A stretch of DNA of 64,000 nt, from positions 24,654-88,653 of the forward strand of contig JAJFUJ010000127.1 in NCBI GenBank assembly GCA_021372475.1, read 5' to 3'. The notes under the pieces were generated by a model. That model had not been told where the DNA came from and did no database searches. It saw nothing but the letters and a program-made list of their open reading frames with translations. Source of the DNA: Chloroflexota bacterium (lineage in GTDB: Bacteria; Chloroflexota; Anaerolineae; UBA1429). The translations under genes were made by a program, and so were the position numbers. Every line of letters starts with the position of its first letter. The stretch's first letter is position 1. Shown here one piece after another: positions 9,691-20,487 of the stretch.

Positions 9691-10808
9691 GAGTAATGGT
9701 AACAGGCGGCGGCACGGGCGGCCATGTGTACCCGGCTCTGGCGGTAGTGGATGAACTAAGCAGCAACGGCATCTGGCGCACGAGCCGCAACGAGATTGCC
9801 TGGGTGGGCGTAGCCGGCAACATCGAGCAGGAAATCATCCAACGCGCCGGCCTGCGCTTTTATGCTGTAAGCTCGGGCGCGCTGCGCGGCGCCAACCCGC
9901 TGCAGGCGCTCAGCAGCATCGCGCACCTCGTGCAGGGGCGCCGGCAAGCATTCGGGTTCATACGCGAGTTCAAACCCGAGGTAGTGTTAGCGACAGGCGG
10001 TTATGTTTCTGCGCCGCTGGTGCTGGCTGCCCACAAGTCGAGGGTGCCGGTACTAATCCTGCTGCCCGATATCGAGCCGGGCATGGCCGTGCGTTATCTC
10101 GCGCGCATGGCCCAAAAGGTTACGGTATCCTTCCCCGAGGTGGCACGCTATTTCCAGCCCGGGAAGGTGCTGGTGACGGGATATCCGGTGCGCCCGGTGC
10201 TCTTTAGCCTGACCAAGTATCAGGCGCGTGCGGAGCTGCAGCTTCATCCGGAGGGAACGGTGCTGTTGGTGCTGGGGGGCAGCCGCGGAGCGCGTTCAAT
10301 CAATAACGCCGTCAGCGCCATGCTGCCTAAAATCCTGCCGTTAGCTGATATTGTGCATCTGTGCGGCCGCGAGGACTATCCGGCGCTGCAAGAACAGCGC
10401 AAGGCGTTACCGCACACGCAACAAGCGCGTTATCAGCTTTATCCTTATCTGCACGACCAGATGCCCGCCGCCCTGGCTGCGGCCGATCTGGTTGTGGCGC
10501 GCGCCGGCGCGGCTACGCTGGCCGAGTTCCCGGCCGTGGGGCTCCCGGCCATCCTGGTGCCCTACCCCTTCGCGGGCAGGCATCAGCAGATGAACGCTGA
10601 CTTTATGGCGTCGCATGGTGCCGGCCTGGTGCTGGCGGACGACGCCCTGGCTGAGCATCTTGAACCGACGGTGTTGGATCTGCTGCAGGATGCATCTCGC
10701 CTGCGAGAGATGAGCCGGGCAGCCCGAGCCATGGCGATGCCCCATGCTGCCCATGCGGTTGCAGAAGCCTTGCAAAACCTGGCCAAAGGAGGCAAAGATG
10801 CCCGCTGA
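9687..10808 (+). CDS. murG: UDP-N-acetylglucosamine--N-acetylmuramyl-(pentapeptide) pyrophosphoryl-undecaprenol GlcNAc transferase MurG.
   Basis: MRVMVTGGGTGGHVYPALAV N-terminal G-loop and a GT-B fold with the C-terminal GAATLAE motif. Confidence 0.9.
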   Translation: MRVMVTGGGTGGHVYPALAVVDELSSNGIWRTSRNEIAWVGVAGNIEQEIIQRAGLRFYAVSSGALRGANPLQALSSIAHLVQGRRQAFGFIREFKPEVVLATGGYVSAPLVLAAHKSRVPVLILLPDIEPGMAVRYLARMAQKVTVSFPEVARYFQPGKVLVTGYPVRPVLFSLTKYQARAELQLHPEGTVLLVLGGSRGARSINNAVSAMLPKILPLADIVHLCGREDYPALQEQRKALPHTQQARYQLYPYLHDQMPAALAAADLVVARAGAATLAEFPAVGLPAILVPYPFAGRHQQMNADFMASHGAGLVLADDALAEHLEPTVLDLLQDASRLREMSRAARAMAMPHAAHAVAEALQNLAKGGKDAR

Positions 10809-11406
10809 TGCGGCTGTTGTACCTGTAAGCGAATACGTGTTGATCGCGGCTGCTCTAGCGATCTTTGGCATTATCGGCTTTCGCCGCGGGGTAAACCGGG
10901 AACTCGTTACCTTTGTCGCTGTGCTGCTTGCACTAGCCATTACCGGCCTATTCACCGATGCGCTGGTGCCTGTCGTCAACAAGCTGCACCGCATTATGCG
11001 CTTTGCCCTGAGCGGCGGCCTGAGCACCGGGGACTCGGCAGCCTTGGATACGGTTGGGCAGATTCCCGATTTGGTGAGCACGCCGGCCAGCAAAGCCGTG
11101 CTTGAACTCGTGCTCTTTGCTATCCCGGTGTCCATATCGTACCTGATTGGGCTGCGTTTCAGGGGAGCAGTAAATATAGGGCAGAAATTACTAGGTTCGC
11201 TGCTGGGCGGCGTGACAGGATTCTTTATTGCCCAGCGCTTTGGCCCAATTTTGTTCCCGGCCGGGCAAACCAACCTGGTGCTGGCGACCGGATCGACCAA
11301 TTCGCTGCTGCAAGACACACAGGTTGTTGCGGTGCTTGTGGTCGTCGCTGTGGTAATACTGATTGCTTTCGGGTTATACAGCGCACGACGCGTCGTCAAA
11401 CGCTAA
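10798..11406 (+). CDS. CvpA-family (colicin V production-like) membrane protein.
   Basis: Small polytopic membrane protein, 4-5 hydrophobic segments. ATG at 10798 preceded by AAGGAGG. Inserted in the dcw cluster between murG and murC. Confidence 0.4.
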   Translation: MPADAAVVPVSEYVLIAAALAIFGIIGFRRGVNRELVTFVAVLLALAITGLFTDALVPVVNKLHRIMRFALSGGLSTGDSAALDTVGQIPDLVSTPASKAVLELVLFAIPVSISYLIGLRFRGAVNIGQKLLGSLLGGVTGFFIAQRFGPILFPAGQTNLVLATGSTNSLLQDTQVVAVLVVVAVVILIAFGLYSARRVVKR

Positions 11407-11420
11407 GTCGGAGGAAAAGA

Positions 11421-11960
11421 TTGGTACCAGTCGAGGTCGTATTCGGGATTATGGTGCTGATTTTCACCTTGATTGGCTTTGCGCGCGGATTCCTAAAGGA
11501 GCTCGGCGTGACGGCAATGGCCATCTGGACGCTCTTTGTGTTGAGCCTGCTGGGACCGCTGGTAGAGCGGATGCTGGGAGGCGGAGAACTCTCGGCGAGC
11601 CGGGCGCAGTGGCTGTGCGCCGGATACCTGCTGATCATCGTCGGCGGCGCGCTCATCTCGTATCACGGCGAAACGCTGGCCTTCGGTGGAGTGCCCCCGC
11701 GCGGGATGACGGGCGCCGTCCTGGGAACGATGATGGGGTTGGTGAATGGGTATTTGATTGCGGGGTCGCTGTGGTATTATATGGCGCGTTTTAACTATCC
11801 CATCCGCGCGCTGGGATTCACTGCGGAGGGGCTATCGCCGGCGGCTATGGCGATACAGCCATATTTGCCGCCCGCGCTGCTCGGGCAGCCGGTACTACTC
11901 GGGCAGAGCCTGCTCTTGTATCTATCGATCTTACTCATTGTAGCGCGTGTGATCCGTTAA
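11421..11960 (+). CDS. CvpA-family membrane protein; second paralog, tandem to the first.
   Basis: MVPVEVVFGIMVLIFTLIGFARGFLKELG is a typical CvpA N-terminus. TTG start preceded by GGAGGAAAAG. Confidence 0.4.
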   Translation: MVPVEVVFGIMVLIFTLIGFARGFLKELGVTAMAIWTLFVLSLLGPLVERMLGGGELSASRAQWLCAGYLLIIVGGALISYHGETLAFGGVPPRGMTGAVLGTMMGLVNGYLIAGSLWYYMARFNYPIRALGFTAEGLSPAAMAIQPYLPPALLGQPVLLGQSLLLYLSILLIVARVIR

Positions 11961-11968
11961 CGAGAGGA

Positions 11969-13366
11969 ATGCTGGCGTTGGAACCGGTTAAGGGCTTGCC
12001 AAAACACATTCATATGGTCGGGGTAGGCGGAATTGGGCTTTCCGCGATTGCTCAGGTGCTGCACAGTCGCGGGCACATCATCACTGGCTCCGACCAGGCC
12101 GAATCCGCCCTGATCGCCCACCTGCGCGCGCAGGGAATCGAGGTGTACATCGGGCATCGCCCCAAAAACCTGGGCAAAGCCGAGTTGGTGGTCATGTCAT
12201 CGGCCATCCCCGAGAGTAATGCTGAGGTGACAGCCGCATACGCGCAGGGCATCCCGGTTGTCAAAAGGCGCGAGCTGTTGGCGGTGTTGATGGCCGGGAG
12301 CGACGGCATCGCCGTGGCGGGCACACACGGCAAAACCACCACGGCAGCCATGCTGGCGGTGTTGTTCGAACGCCTGGGGGCCGACCCGACGTGCATTGTA
12401 GGTGGCCTGATTGCCGAATGGGGCAGCAATGCGCGGGCAGGCGCCGGCCGGGCATTCGTATTGGAGGCGGATGAATATGACGGCGCATTTCAGGAGCTGC
12501 GTCCGCTGGTCGGCATCGTTACCAATATCGAGATGGACCATCCCGACTGCTATCCGGACTTGGATGCAGTATGCGCGGCCTTTGATGGTTTCATGCGCCA
12601 TGTCCTGCCGGAGGGCCTGCTGATCGCCTGCGCGGATAACCCGCAGGTTATACGGCTTATCGCCAGAGGCAACTATCAGGCGCGAGTCAGTACATACGGC
12701 CAGAGTGCCGCGGCCGATTACCGCGTTGTGAATATCACCGCCCAACCGGGAAGCGCCATAAGCTGGAAGATAATGCACGAAGGCAGGCTGTGGCTTGCCC
12801 CACATATCTGCCTGGCCGGGGTACATAACGTGTTCAATGCTACCGCAGCATTAATTGCTGCGGAACGCTTTGGGCTGAATTTAGAGCAAGCATGTGCTGC
12901 TTTAGCTCAATTCAAAGGTGTGGGACGGCGGTTTGAGTACAAGGGCGAAGCTTGGGGTGTGACGGTTATCGACGATTACGCCCATCATCCGACGCAGATT
13001 GCCACGACGCTGGCCGCCGCGCGGCAGCGTTATCCAGGCAGGCGCATCTGGGCGGTTGTGCAGCCACATACATACAGCCGGACGCGCGCCCTGTGGGATG
13101 AGTTTTTGCGCTGTTTCGATGCGGCTGACCAGGTTATCGTGATGGATATCTACCGAGCGCGCTCCAGGGAGTGTGATGTGCTGAGCGCGCGCGAGCTGGT
13201 CGAAGCCATCAAGCACCCGCAAGTGCGCTGGGTCGGCGCGCGCGGTGAGGTAACCAAGACATTACTGGCAGAGCTTGAGCAGGGCGATGTGCTGCTCACA
13301 TTAGGCGCTGGCGATGGGTATCTTGTGGGCGAGGATGTGTTGGTTGAATTGCGGGCACGAGGCTAA
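11969..13366 (+). CDS. murC: UDP-N-acetylmuramate--L-alanine ligase MurC.
   Basis: HIHMVGVGGIGLSAIAQVL (MurC N-terminal motif) and the P-loop AGTHGKTTTAAM. Confidence 0.9.
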   Translation: MLALEPVKGLPKHIHMVGVGGIGLSAIAQVLHSRGHIITGSDQAESALIAHLRAQGIEVYIGHRPKNLGKAELVVMSSAIPESNAEVTAAYAQGIPVVKRRELLAVLMAGSDGIAVAGTHGKTTTAAMLAVLFERLGADPTCIVGGLIAEWGSNARAGAGRAFVLEADEYDGAFQELRPLVGIVTNIEMDHPDCYPDLDAVCAAFDGFMRHVLPEGLLIACADNPQVIRLIARGNYQARVSTYGQSAAADYRVVNITAQPGSAISWKIMHEGRLWLAPHICLAGVHNVFNATAALIAAERFGLNLEQACAALAQFKGVGRRFEYKGEAWGVTVIDDYAHHPTQIATTLAAARQRYPGRRIWAVVQPHTYSRTRALWDEFLRCFDAADQVIVMDIYRARSRECDVLSARELVEAIKHPQVRWVGARGEVTKTLLAELEQGDVLLTLGAGDGYLVGEDVLVELRARG

Positions 13367-13368
13367 AT

Positions 13369-14328
13369 GTGGATACGTTTCTGGAGACACTAAAGAATAA
13401 AGGTTACGGCCCCCGCCTGTTGGCGGATGAGCCGCTGTCGCGCCATACAACCTTTGGCATCGGCGGTCCGGCCGATTGGCTGGTGGTCGTCGAGAGTGTC
13501 AGCGAGTTGGCCGAGCTGCGCCTGCTGGCGCGCAAGTACGCCGTGCCTGCCCTCGTCATTGGCGAAGGCAGCAACATTCTGATAGCCGACGCGGGCGTAC
13601 GCGGCCTGGTGATTGTCAACCGCTGCGCCGGCATCGAGATGCCCAAGGCCGGCGTGTTGGTGGCAGAGTCGGGCGCGCTGCTGCGTAAAGCGGCGCGTTG
13701 GAGCGTCGAACGCACCTGGGAAGGGCTGGAATGGGCCAGCGGAGTGCCGGGCACCATCGGCGGGGCCGTGGTGGGCAACGCCGGCGCATATGGCGGCTGT
13801 ATTGCCGATAACCTGGTTTGGGCTGAATTGCTGCACCCGGATGGCAGGGCAGAGCGAGCAGCCAATGCAGCCCTCGACTATAGCTACCGTTCGAGCGCGC
13901 TCAAGCGTCTGCCATCATCAGCGCGGCCGCTTGTGCTCAAGGCTGCCTTTGAGCTCAAGCCCGGCAACGCGGCGGAGCTCGAACGCCGCATGCAGGGATA
14001 TAACCATCAGCGCCAGGAGCGTACGCCTTCCGAACGCAGCGCGGGCAGCGTTTTCAAGCGCACGCTGCAGTTCCCGGCCGGATTCCTGATTGAGCAGTGC
14101 GGGCTCAAGGGGTATCAGATTGGCGGAGCGCAGGTCTCGCCGCTGCACGCTAACTTTATCATTAATACCGGCGGAGCGAGCGCCTCGGATGTGGCAGAAT
14201 TGATTGCTTTAATTCAACGCCGGGTGCAGGAAACGCACGGACAATCGCTGGAGCTGGAGATCGAGTTCATCGGCGCATGGGAACGAGAAACTGCTGCAGT
14301 TAACCAGAAAGGTACAGCACAAAAGTGA
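13369..14328 (+). CDS. murB: UDP-N-acetylenolpyruvoylglucosamine reductase MurB.
   Basis: FAD-binding region ...LSRHTTFGIGGPADW... and the C-terminal MurB domain. Confidence 0.9.
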   Translation: MDTFLETLKNKGYGPRLLADEPLSRHTTFGIGGPADWLVVVESVSELAELRLLARKYAVPALVIGEGSNILIADAGVRGLVIVNRCAGIEMPKAGVLVAESGALLRKAARWSVERTWEGLEWASGVPGTIGGAVVGNAGAYGGCIADNLVWAELLHPDGRAERAANAALDYSYRSSALKRLPSSARPLVLKAAFELKPGNAAELERRMQGYNHQRQERTPSERSAGSVFKRTLQFPAGFLIEQCGLKGYQIGGAQVSPLHANFIINTGGASASDVAELIALIQRRVQETHGQSLELEIEFIGAWERETAAVNQKGTAQK

Positions 14329-15419
14329 GTCAGAGGAAAATTCGTGTGGCGGTATTATTCGGCGGCAAGTCGGGCGAGCATGAAGTCTCGCTCCTTTCCG
14401 CCAAATCGGTGATGGATGCCCTGGACAAGACCCGCTACGAGGTGGCGCCGGTGGGCATCAGCCGCGCCGGCCGCTGGCTGACGGCCGGCGACCCTTATGC
14501 GCGCCTGGCAGCCGGTGAAGATGCCTCATGTTCAGGAGGTGGGGCGCCTGAGCGCGGTGAGCTCGTGCCCGGCTCCAGCACTGAACGCTTTCCCCGCGTC
14601 GATGTGGTCTTTCCGGTGCTGCATGGCCCGCTCGGTGAAGATGGCACCGTCCAGGGCTTGATGGAACTGGCCGGCTTGCCGTATGTGGGTTCAGGCGTGC
14701 TCGGTTCGGCGCTGGGCATGGATAAAGTGGCGATGAAGGACGTCTTTGCTGCGCGCGGGCTGCCCATTGCGCCTTATTTGGCCATCATGCGCAAGCAGTG
14801 GCAGGCGCATCCCGCGCTGGTTATCCGCCAATTGGAGACCAAACTCTCCTACCCGATGTTCGTCAAGCCGGCTAATCTCGGCTCGAGCGTGGGCGTGAGT
14901 AAAGCGCACAACCAGGCCGAGCTGATAACCGCCATGCAATTGGCAGCGTGTTACGATCGCAAGCTGGTGGTGGAGGCCGGCATTGATGCGCGCGAAATCG
15001 AATGCGCCGTACTCGGCAACGACGAACCGTCGGCTTCGGTGTGCGGTGAAGTAATCCCGAACCGCGAGTTCTATGATTACCAGGCCAAGTATCTGGATGA
15101 CGCCTCGGAGCTGATCATTCCGGCGGATATCCCGGCGAAAACAGCCGAGCATGTGCGCGAGTTGGCAATCAAAAGTTTCATCGCGCTAGATTGCGCCGGG
15201 ATGGCGCGCGCCGATTTTCTGCTGGATAAGCACTCCGGCGAGGTGTACCTGAATGAACTCAACACCATCCCGGGATTTACCAGCATCAGCATGTACCCCA
15301 AGTTATGGGAGGCCAGCGGTTTGCCGTATGCGGCGCTGCTGGACCGTTTGGTGGAACTGGCCCTGGAACGCTTCCAGGATAAACAAGCTTCTGAAACGAC
15401 CTATATAGTTAATCGCTAG
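14325..15419 (+). CDS. ddl: D-alanine--D-alanine ligase.
   Basis: ATP-grasp fold; [17 protein letters not shown]-terminus; characteristic Ddl C-terminal motifs (ELNTIPGFT). Confidence 0.92.
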   Translation: MSQRKIRVAVLFGGKSGEHEVSLLSAKSVMDALDKTRYEVAPVGISRAGRWLTAGDPYARLAAGEDASCSGGGAPERGELVPGSSTERFPRVDVVFPVLHGPLGEDGTVQGLMELAGLPYVGSGVLGSALGMDKVAMKDVFAARGLPIAPYLAIMRKQWQAHPALVIRQLETKLSYPMFVKPANLGSSVGVSKAHNQAELITAMQLAACYDRKLVVEAGIDAREIECAVLGNDEPSASVCGEVIPNREFYDYQAKYLDDASELIIPADIPAKTAEHVRELAIKSFIALDCAGMARADFLLDKHSGEVYLNELNTIPGFTSISMYPKLWEASGLPYAALLDRLVELALERFQDKQASETTYIVNR

Positions 15420-15434
15420 GGAAAAAGAGAGAGG

Positions 15435-16241
15435 ATGAGCCGCAGATTGTTCCACTCCGCTCCCACAAAGCGCAGGCTCGCAGCCCGCTCGAACGTGGAT
15501 ACGCGCGCCAGCGCAGCAGGTGCAGCGCGTATCAGCCGTTGGATCGGCCTGCACATCCTGCCGGCGCTGGGCATCCTCGTCGCTCTTTTAGTGCTGGTAT
15601 TCGTCGGCATATTACTCTTTGGCAGCCAGTTCAAGGTGCGTCAGGTTGAGGTGGTGGGCGCCGACTTGATTGACGCACAGGCGCTGCGCGAGAGCGCCGC
15701 CGTTAGCGGCCGTAGCATCCTGACCATCAACCCTGGCAAAGTGGAAGACAAACTCAGCCAGGAGTATATAATCCTGCAGGAAGTGACCGTAGGGCGCGAG
15801 ATGCCGGATAAGGTGATCATCCGCGTCAAGGAACAACCAGCGCGCTGGGCCTGGGAAAGTGCCGGCCGTTACTGGTGGCTGCGCGCCAACGGCACTGTCA
15901 TCGGCGAGATGCCAGACGCCGGTAAACTGACGGTCATTCACGATGTGGCCGGCATATTCAGCGAGCCGAGCAAGTATATTGCCGGGGTTCCCTGGAAGTT
16001 GGCGGAGGCCATGCTGCAGGCGCTGCCGGCCATCCCGGCCTTTGACTACACCGTCAATGAGGGACTGATTGTATATGTGACGGATAAGCAGTGGCCAGTG
16101 TACCTGGGAATCCAGGGGGATGCCGGGCTCAAGGCAGTGATTTTACGCGAACTCGTTGAGGAATTAACTGAGCGGCAAGCCCAGGTCGCTTATATCGATT
16201 TGCGCAATGAAGCCAGACCTATGTACAAGAAACAAGCCTGA
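15435..16241 (+). CDS. ftsQ: Cell division protein FtsQ/DivIB (POTRA domain).
   Basis: N-terminal TM helix, a POTRA-like region (FKVRQVEVVGADLID) and a dcw position between ddl and ftsA. Confidence 0.7.
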   Translation: MSRRLFHSAPTKRRLAARSNVDTRASAAGAARISRWIGLHILPALGILVALLVLVFVGILLFGSQFKVRQVEVVGADLIDAQALRESAAVSGRSILTINPGKVEDKLSQEYIILQEVTVGREMPDKVIIRVKEQPARWAWESAGRYWWLRANGTVIGEMPDAGKLTVIHDVAGIFSEPSKYIAGVPWKLAEAMLQALPAIPAFDYTVNEGLIVYVTDKQWPVYLGIQGDAGLKAVILRELVEELTERQAQVAYIDLRNEARPMYKKQA

Positions 16242-16255
16242 GGAGAGAAACCGCC

Positions 16256-17488
16256 TTGGCACGTGTAGTAACTGCGATTGATATCGGTTCGAGCAAAGTC
16301 TGCACACTCATCGGCGAGGTGACAGACGCGGATGTCATCCGCGTGGTCGGCATCGGCATGGTGCCCTCGCGCGGCGTCAGCCATGGCGTGATTACCAACT
16401 TGGAAGAGGCGACGCTGGCCATCGGGGAATCCATCCAAAAGGCGGAGCGCATCGCCCAGCAGACCGTCACCCGCGCCTATGTGGCGGTAGGCGGGCCACA
16501 TATCAGCTCGATGAACAAGCGCGGCAGCGCCGCCGTCGGCAAGGGCGACCGGCCAATCGACCGTGAGGACCTGCAGCGCGCATTGGATGCGGCGCAATCC
16601 ATGCCGGTGACGCACAACCGCCAAATTATCTACTGCGCGGCGCGCGAATATACCCTGGATGAGGATGTAACCACCAAGAATCCGCTGGGGCTGCTGGGTT
16701 ACACGCTGGATGTCGATGCTCATATCATTACCGCAAACGCTACGTCCATCAACAATCTGGCTAACTGTATCCGGCGCAACCATGTAGATATCATCGAATA
16801 TGTGCCCCAGCCCATTGCCTCGGCTCAGGCGGTACTGAGCGCAGAAGAGATGAACGATGGCGTGGCGGTGGTGGATATGGGCGGCGAGACCACCTCGATG
16901 ATTATTTATGCTTGCGGGACGCCCTTTGACACGCATGTATACCCGCTGGGGGGCAGCCACTTTACCAACGATATGGTGGTGGGGTTACATACGCCGGTCA
17001 CCGCGGCAGAGGAAATCAAGCTGCGTTACGGGCATGTGCTCACTAGCGCCGTCGGTGCAGACGAAAAGATTGATATCAGCACCTTTGGCGCAACGTCGCT
17101 CTCTACAATTCAGCGCCGCTATGTGGCCGATATTATGGGGGCGCGCATGGAGGATATCCTGGATCACTTTATCCTGCGCGACATCAAGCGCTCCGGATAC
17201 GACGGCCTGCTGGCCGCCGGCATCGTGCTGACAGGGGGCGCATCGCAAGTGCAGGGTGCAGCCGAACTAACATCGGCGGTGCTGCAGCTTCCCGCGCGGG
17301 TGGGCGTGCCGCGCCGGCTGCATGGCCTGTCAGAGACCATTAATAATCCAGCCTATGCGACCGCTGTCGGTTTACTGCTGCACGGAATGAGGAGGGAAAC
17401 GATTGACAAACCAATCCCGGCGTTTGAGAGCAACCCGAAAACGGGTTCCCGATTGCTGCAATGGTTGAAGAATATCTTACCGCGTTAG
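16256..17488 (+). CDS. ftsA: Cell division protein FtsA (actin-like ATPase).
   Basis: VVTAIDIGSSKVCTLIGE N-terminal phosphate-1 motif and an FtsA-type actin fold. TTG start preceded by GAGGAGAGA. Confidence 0.92.
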   Translation: MARVVTAIDIGSSKVCTLIGEVTDADVIRVVGIGMVPSRGVSHGVITNLEEATLAIGESIQKAERIAQQTVTRAYVAVGGPHISSMNKRGSAAVGKGDRPIDREDLQRALDAAQSMPVTHNRQIIYCAAREYTLDEDVTTKNPLGLLGYTLDVDAHIITANATSINNLANCIRRNHVDIIEYVPQPIASAQAVLSAEEMNDGVAVVDMGGETTSMIIYACGTPFDTHVYPLGGSHFTNDMVVGLHTPVTAAEEIKLRYGHVLTSAVGADEKIDISTFGATSLSTIQRRYVADIMGARMEDILDHFILRDIKRSGYDGLLAAGIVLTGGASQVQGAAELTSAVLQLPARVGVPRRLHGLSETINNPAYATAVGLLLHGMRRETIDKPIPAFESNPKTGSRLLQWLKNILPR

Positions 17489-17509
17489 AACGAGCTAGAG
17501 GAGGGGGAA

Positions 17510-18670
17510 ATGGCAGTTTACGAAGAGGATAACGGACAAGCGAAAATCAAGGTGGTTGGGGTTGGCGGTGGGGGCTGCAACGCCATTGACCGCATGATCG
17601 AGGTGGGCGTGGGAGGTGTCGAGTTTATCTCGATGAATACCGATGCGCAGGCGCTGCGCAACTGCCATGCCTCTGTCAGGCTGCAAATCGGCGCTGACGT
17701 GACTCGCGGGCTGGGCACAGGGGGCAACCCCAGCATCGGCGCTAAAGCGGCAGAGGAGTCTTCATCGGATATTCAGGAAATCCTGAGCGGCGCGGATATG
17801 GTATTCATTACGGCTGGCATGGGCGGCGGCACCGGAACCGGCGGCGCCCCGGTAATTGCCAAAATAGCCAAGTCGATGGGGGCTTTGACGGTAGCGGTTG
17901 TCACTAAGCCGTTTACCTTTGAGGGAGCGCGCAGGCTCAAGGCCGCGATGGACGGCTTGACAGCGCTCGAGAGCAGCGTAGATACGATGATTGTCATTCC
18001 CAACGACCGATTGCTGCAAATTGTGGATAAGAAAGCTTCGCTGCCGGCCGCCTTTTTATCCGCGGATGAGTTGCTGCGTCAGGGTATTCAAGGCATCTCA
18101 GAGCTCATCACGGGCACCGGCCTGGTAAACGTCGATTTCAACGATGTGCGCGCCATTATGGGCAACGGCGGTTCGGCCCTGATGGCTATCGGCGTGGGCT
18201 CCGGCGACAACCGCGCCGCGGACGCAGCTATGGCGGCGATCAACAGCAAACTGCTTGATGTCTCGATCGACGGCGCCAAAGGCGTGCTCTACAACATCAA
18301 GGGCGACCATTCGTTGACGCTCATCGAGGTCAACGAAGCGGCCGAGTTGATCAAGCAGATGGTCGACCCGGAGGCGAATATCATCTTTGGTACGGCCATC
18401 GATCCGAATATGGGTGACCAGGTGCAGGTGACAGTAATCGCCACGGGATTTTCAACCAACGTCAGGCCGTCGGCTATGCGCCCGCAGGTTCAGCGCGAGC
18501 CAGTCAATGCCCAGCGTACGGCCTCCGCAGGGCAGCAGCAGCAACAACAACAGCCACCTTTTCGACGCTCGAGCGCGATAATCGATTTCCCGACGTCAAC
18601 GACATCTTCATCCAACCGGCAGAGCGATGAGGTGCCATCATTCCTGAGAAAAACCCAACAGCGCAGTTAA
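17510..18670 (+). CDS. ftsZ: Cell division GTPase FtsZ.
   Basis: Tubulin signature GGGTGTG and [15 protein letters not shown]-rich disordered C-terminal linker (QQQQQQQ) precedes the conserved C-terminal peptide. Confidence 0.95.
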   Translation: MAVYEEDNGQAKIKVVGVGGGGCNAIDRMIEVGVGGVEFISMNTDAQALRNCHASVRLQIGADVTRGLGTGGNPSIGAKAAEESSSDIQEILSGADMVFITAGMGGGTGTGGAPVIAKIAKSMGALTVAVVTKPFTFEGARRLKAAMDGLTALESSVDTMIVIPNDRLLQIVDKKASLPAAFLSADELLRQGIQGISELITGTGLVNVDFNDVRAIMGNGGSALMAIGVGSGDNRAADAAMAAINSKLLDVSIDGAKGVLYNIKGDHSLTLIEVNEAAELIKQMVDPEANIIFGTAIDPNMGDQVQVTVIATGFSTNVRPSAMRPQVQREPVNAQRTASAGQQQQQQQPPFRRSSAIIDFPTSTTSSSNRQSDEVPSFLRKTQQRS

Positions 18671-18686
18671 TGACGAGGAATAAAGC

Positions 18687-19157
18687 ATGAAGTGCCCTTT
18701 TTGTGGCGGGATCGAGTCGAGGGTCATCGATACGCGCGAAGTAGGCGATGGCATCAGGCGGCGTCGCGCCTGCCAACAGTGCCAACAGCGCTATACGACG
18801 TATGAGGCCGTCGTCAAAGTGACCTTGCAGATCGTCAAACGCGATGGCCGACGTGAGGACTTTGACCGGCAAAAGCTGTTCGAGGGTATCTGGAAAGCCT
18901 GCACGAAACGTCCCATCGCGAGCGATGCTGTGGAGGAGATGGTCGACGATATCGAAAACCGCCTCTACAGCCTTGGACAAGCAGAAGTAGAAAGCAAGGT
19001 TATCGGCGAAATGGTGATGGAACGCCTGCAAAAGCTCGATCCGGTGGCTTATGTGCGCTTTGCTTCGGTGTACCGCTCTTTTGCCGACCTTGCCACGCTC
19101 AAACGCGAAGTGGATGGCATGATTCAACGCGGCGAGGACAAAGACCAAGCTACTTAA
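18687..19157 (+). CDS. nrdR: Transcriptional repressor NrdR.
   Basis: MKCPFCGG...CQQCQQRYTTYE zinc ribbon plus an ATP-cone; 156 aa. Confidence 0.93.
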   Translation: MKCPFCGGIESRVIDTREVGDGIRRRRACQQCQQRYTTYEAVVKVTLQIVKRDGRREDFDRQKLFEGIWKACTKRPIASDAVEEMVDDIENRLYSLGQAEVESKVIGEMVMERLQKLDPVAYVRFASVYRSFADLATLKREVDGMIQRGEDKDQAT

Positions 19158-19359
19158 TTCGTTAACCAAGAGACGGCTGGGAATACCCCGGCGCGCTGCA
19201 GCCCACACCTCTCCGGGCTGCAGCGTGTGCAGGGTAGCTCAGCGGCCTGTCTCGCCTGAGATGACGGCGCCGTGCCGGCAGCTTCCCTCGATTGAAACCC
19301 CAGTTGGCAAAAGTACCGCCCGCGCTATAATTGACTAGAGCTTGAAGAAAGAGCGATGT

Positions 19360-20487
19360 ATGTACCTGCAGCCTGAAAGACGCGTCCACCGCAGGCCATT
19401 TTGGCCGTGGCTGATCTGTATTCTGGTCGGCGTTATCGCCGGCTATACCCTTTGGACCAACCAGAAGCAAATCTATGAGTGGGTTGGCATCCAATTACCG
19501 ACACCCACGCCTACCGAGTTCCCGGCGACCGAGTACCTGGCGCGGGGTGACGCGGCCATGCTACAAGGCCACAACGATGAAGCGCTGACCGCCTATCAGC
19601 GCGCTGCCACGCTCGATCCCTCGCTGAGTGCGGCCTATGCCCGTTGGGCGCGCATCCTGATCATGCGGGGACAGACGGAGGAAGCTGTCCGCATTGCGCG
19701 CCGGGCGGTGGAGATAAACGCGGAATCGGCAGAGAACCAGGCTGCGCTCGGATACGCACAGGATTGGGCGGCCAAGCCTCTCGACGCGCTGGCCTCCTGC
19801 CAAAAAGCTGCCAACCTGGATGCTGCATATGCCCCGGCATACGCCTGCCTGGCGGAAGCTTATGCGGATACCGGCCAGAACCAAGACGCGTTGGTGAATG
19901 CGCAAAAAGCTGTGGAACTTGCTCCCAGCGACCCCTTTGTTCAACGCAGCTTGGCCTATGTTTATGAGACGGCTGGTAAATACACTGAAGCTATTACCGA
20001 ATACAATAAAGCCGTCCAGCTCAATCCCAAAATCGCTTTCTTTTATCTTGACCTAGCGCGGAACTATCGCATCCAGCAGGATACAGATAATACGATCGCC
20101 CAGCTCGACCTGGCAACCAAAGCCGACCCAAACGATCCGCAAGCCTATGACCAGTTAGGCTGGCTGTATTACAGCACTGGCGCCTACGACCAGGCTGTAA
20201 CGCTGCTGAAAAAAGCAATCGAGCTCAATCCGGATTTTGCCTCTGCCCACGGACATTATGGCATTGTGCTCTTTAGCCGGCGTTTTTATGAAGAAGCACA
20301 GACCGAACTTGAGCGTGCCTATGAACTGGGAGCGCACAACGAAGAATATGTACTCATCCTGGCTTTGAGCTATGAGTATAATGATCAATGCGAGCAAGCA
20401 GTACCATGGTTCGAAAAGAGCCTGGAAATCAACCCAGAATCGACGATGGCGCAGCAGGGCTTGCAAATATGTAAGGAAGAAGAATAG
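19360..20487 (+). CDS. Tetratricopeptide repeat (TPR) protein with an N-terminal transmembrane anchor.
   Basis: N-terminal hydrophobic segment (WPWLICILVGVIAGY), then at least 8 TPR-like 34-residue repeats (AYxxLGxxY / AxxxYxKAxELNP patterns). In-frame ATG at 19360; a TTG at 19342 is the ORF-track start. Confidence 0.75.
   Translation: MYLQPERRVHRRPFWPWLICILVGVIAGYTLWTNQKQIYEWVGIQLPTPTPTEFPATEYLARGDAAMLQGHNDEALTAYQRAATLDPSLSAAYARWARILIMRGQTEEAVRIARRAVEINAESAENQAALGYAQDWAAKPLDALASCQKAANLDAAYAPAYACLAEAYADTGQNQDALVNAQKAVELAPSDPFVQRSLAYVYETAGKYTEAITEYNKAVQLNPKIAFFYLDLARNYRIQQDTDNTIAQLDLATKADPNDPQAYDQLGWLYYSTGAYDQAVTLLKKAIELNPDFASAHGHYGIVLFSRRFYEEAQTELERAYELGAHNEEYVLILALSYEYNDQCEQAVPWFEKSLEINPESTMAQQGLQICKEEE

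Noticed and set aside
18530-18550. CAG/CAA run (QQQQQQQ) near the 3' end of ftsZ, considered as a microsatellite or repeat.
   Set aside because: In-frame codons in the known disordered FtsZ C-terminal linker. This is a low-complexity coding sequence, not an independent repeat element.
19158-19340. Inverted repeat CTGCAGCCC-N10-GGGCTGCAG after nrdR, considered as a riboswitch or terminator.
   Set aside because: 9-bp stem but no following U-tract and no resemblance to a riboswitch class I can recall. Possibly a Rho-dependent or weak terminator; insufficient evidence.
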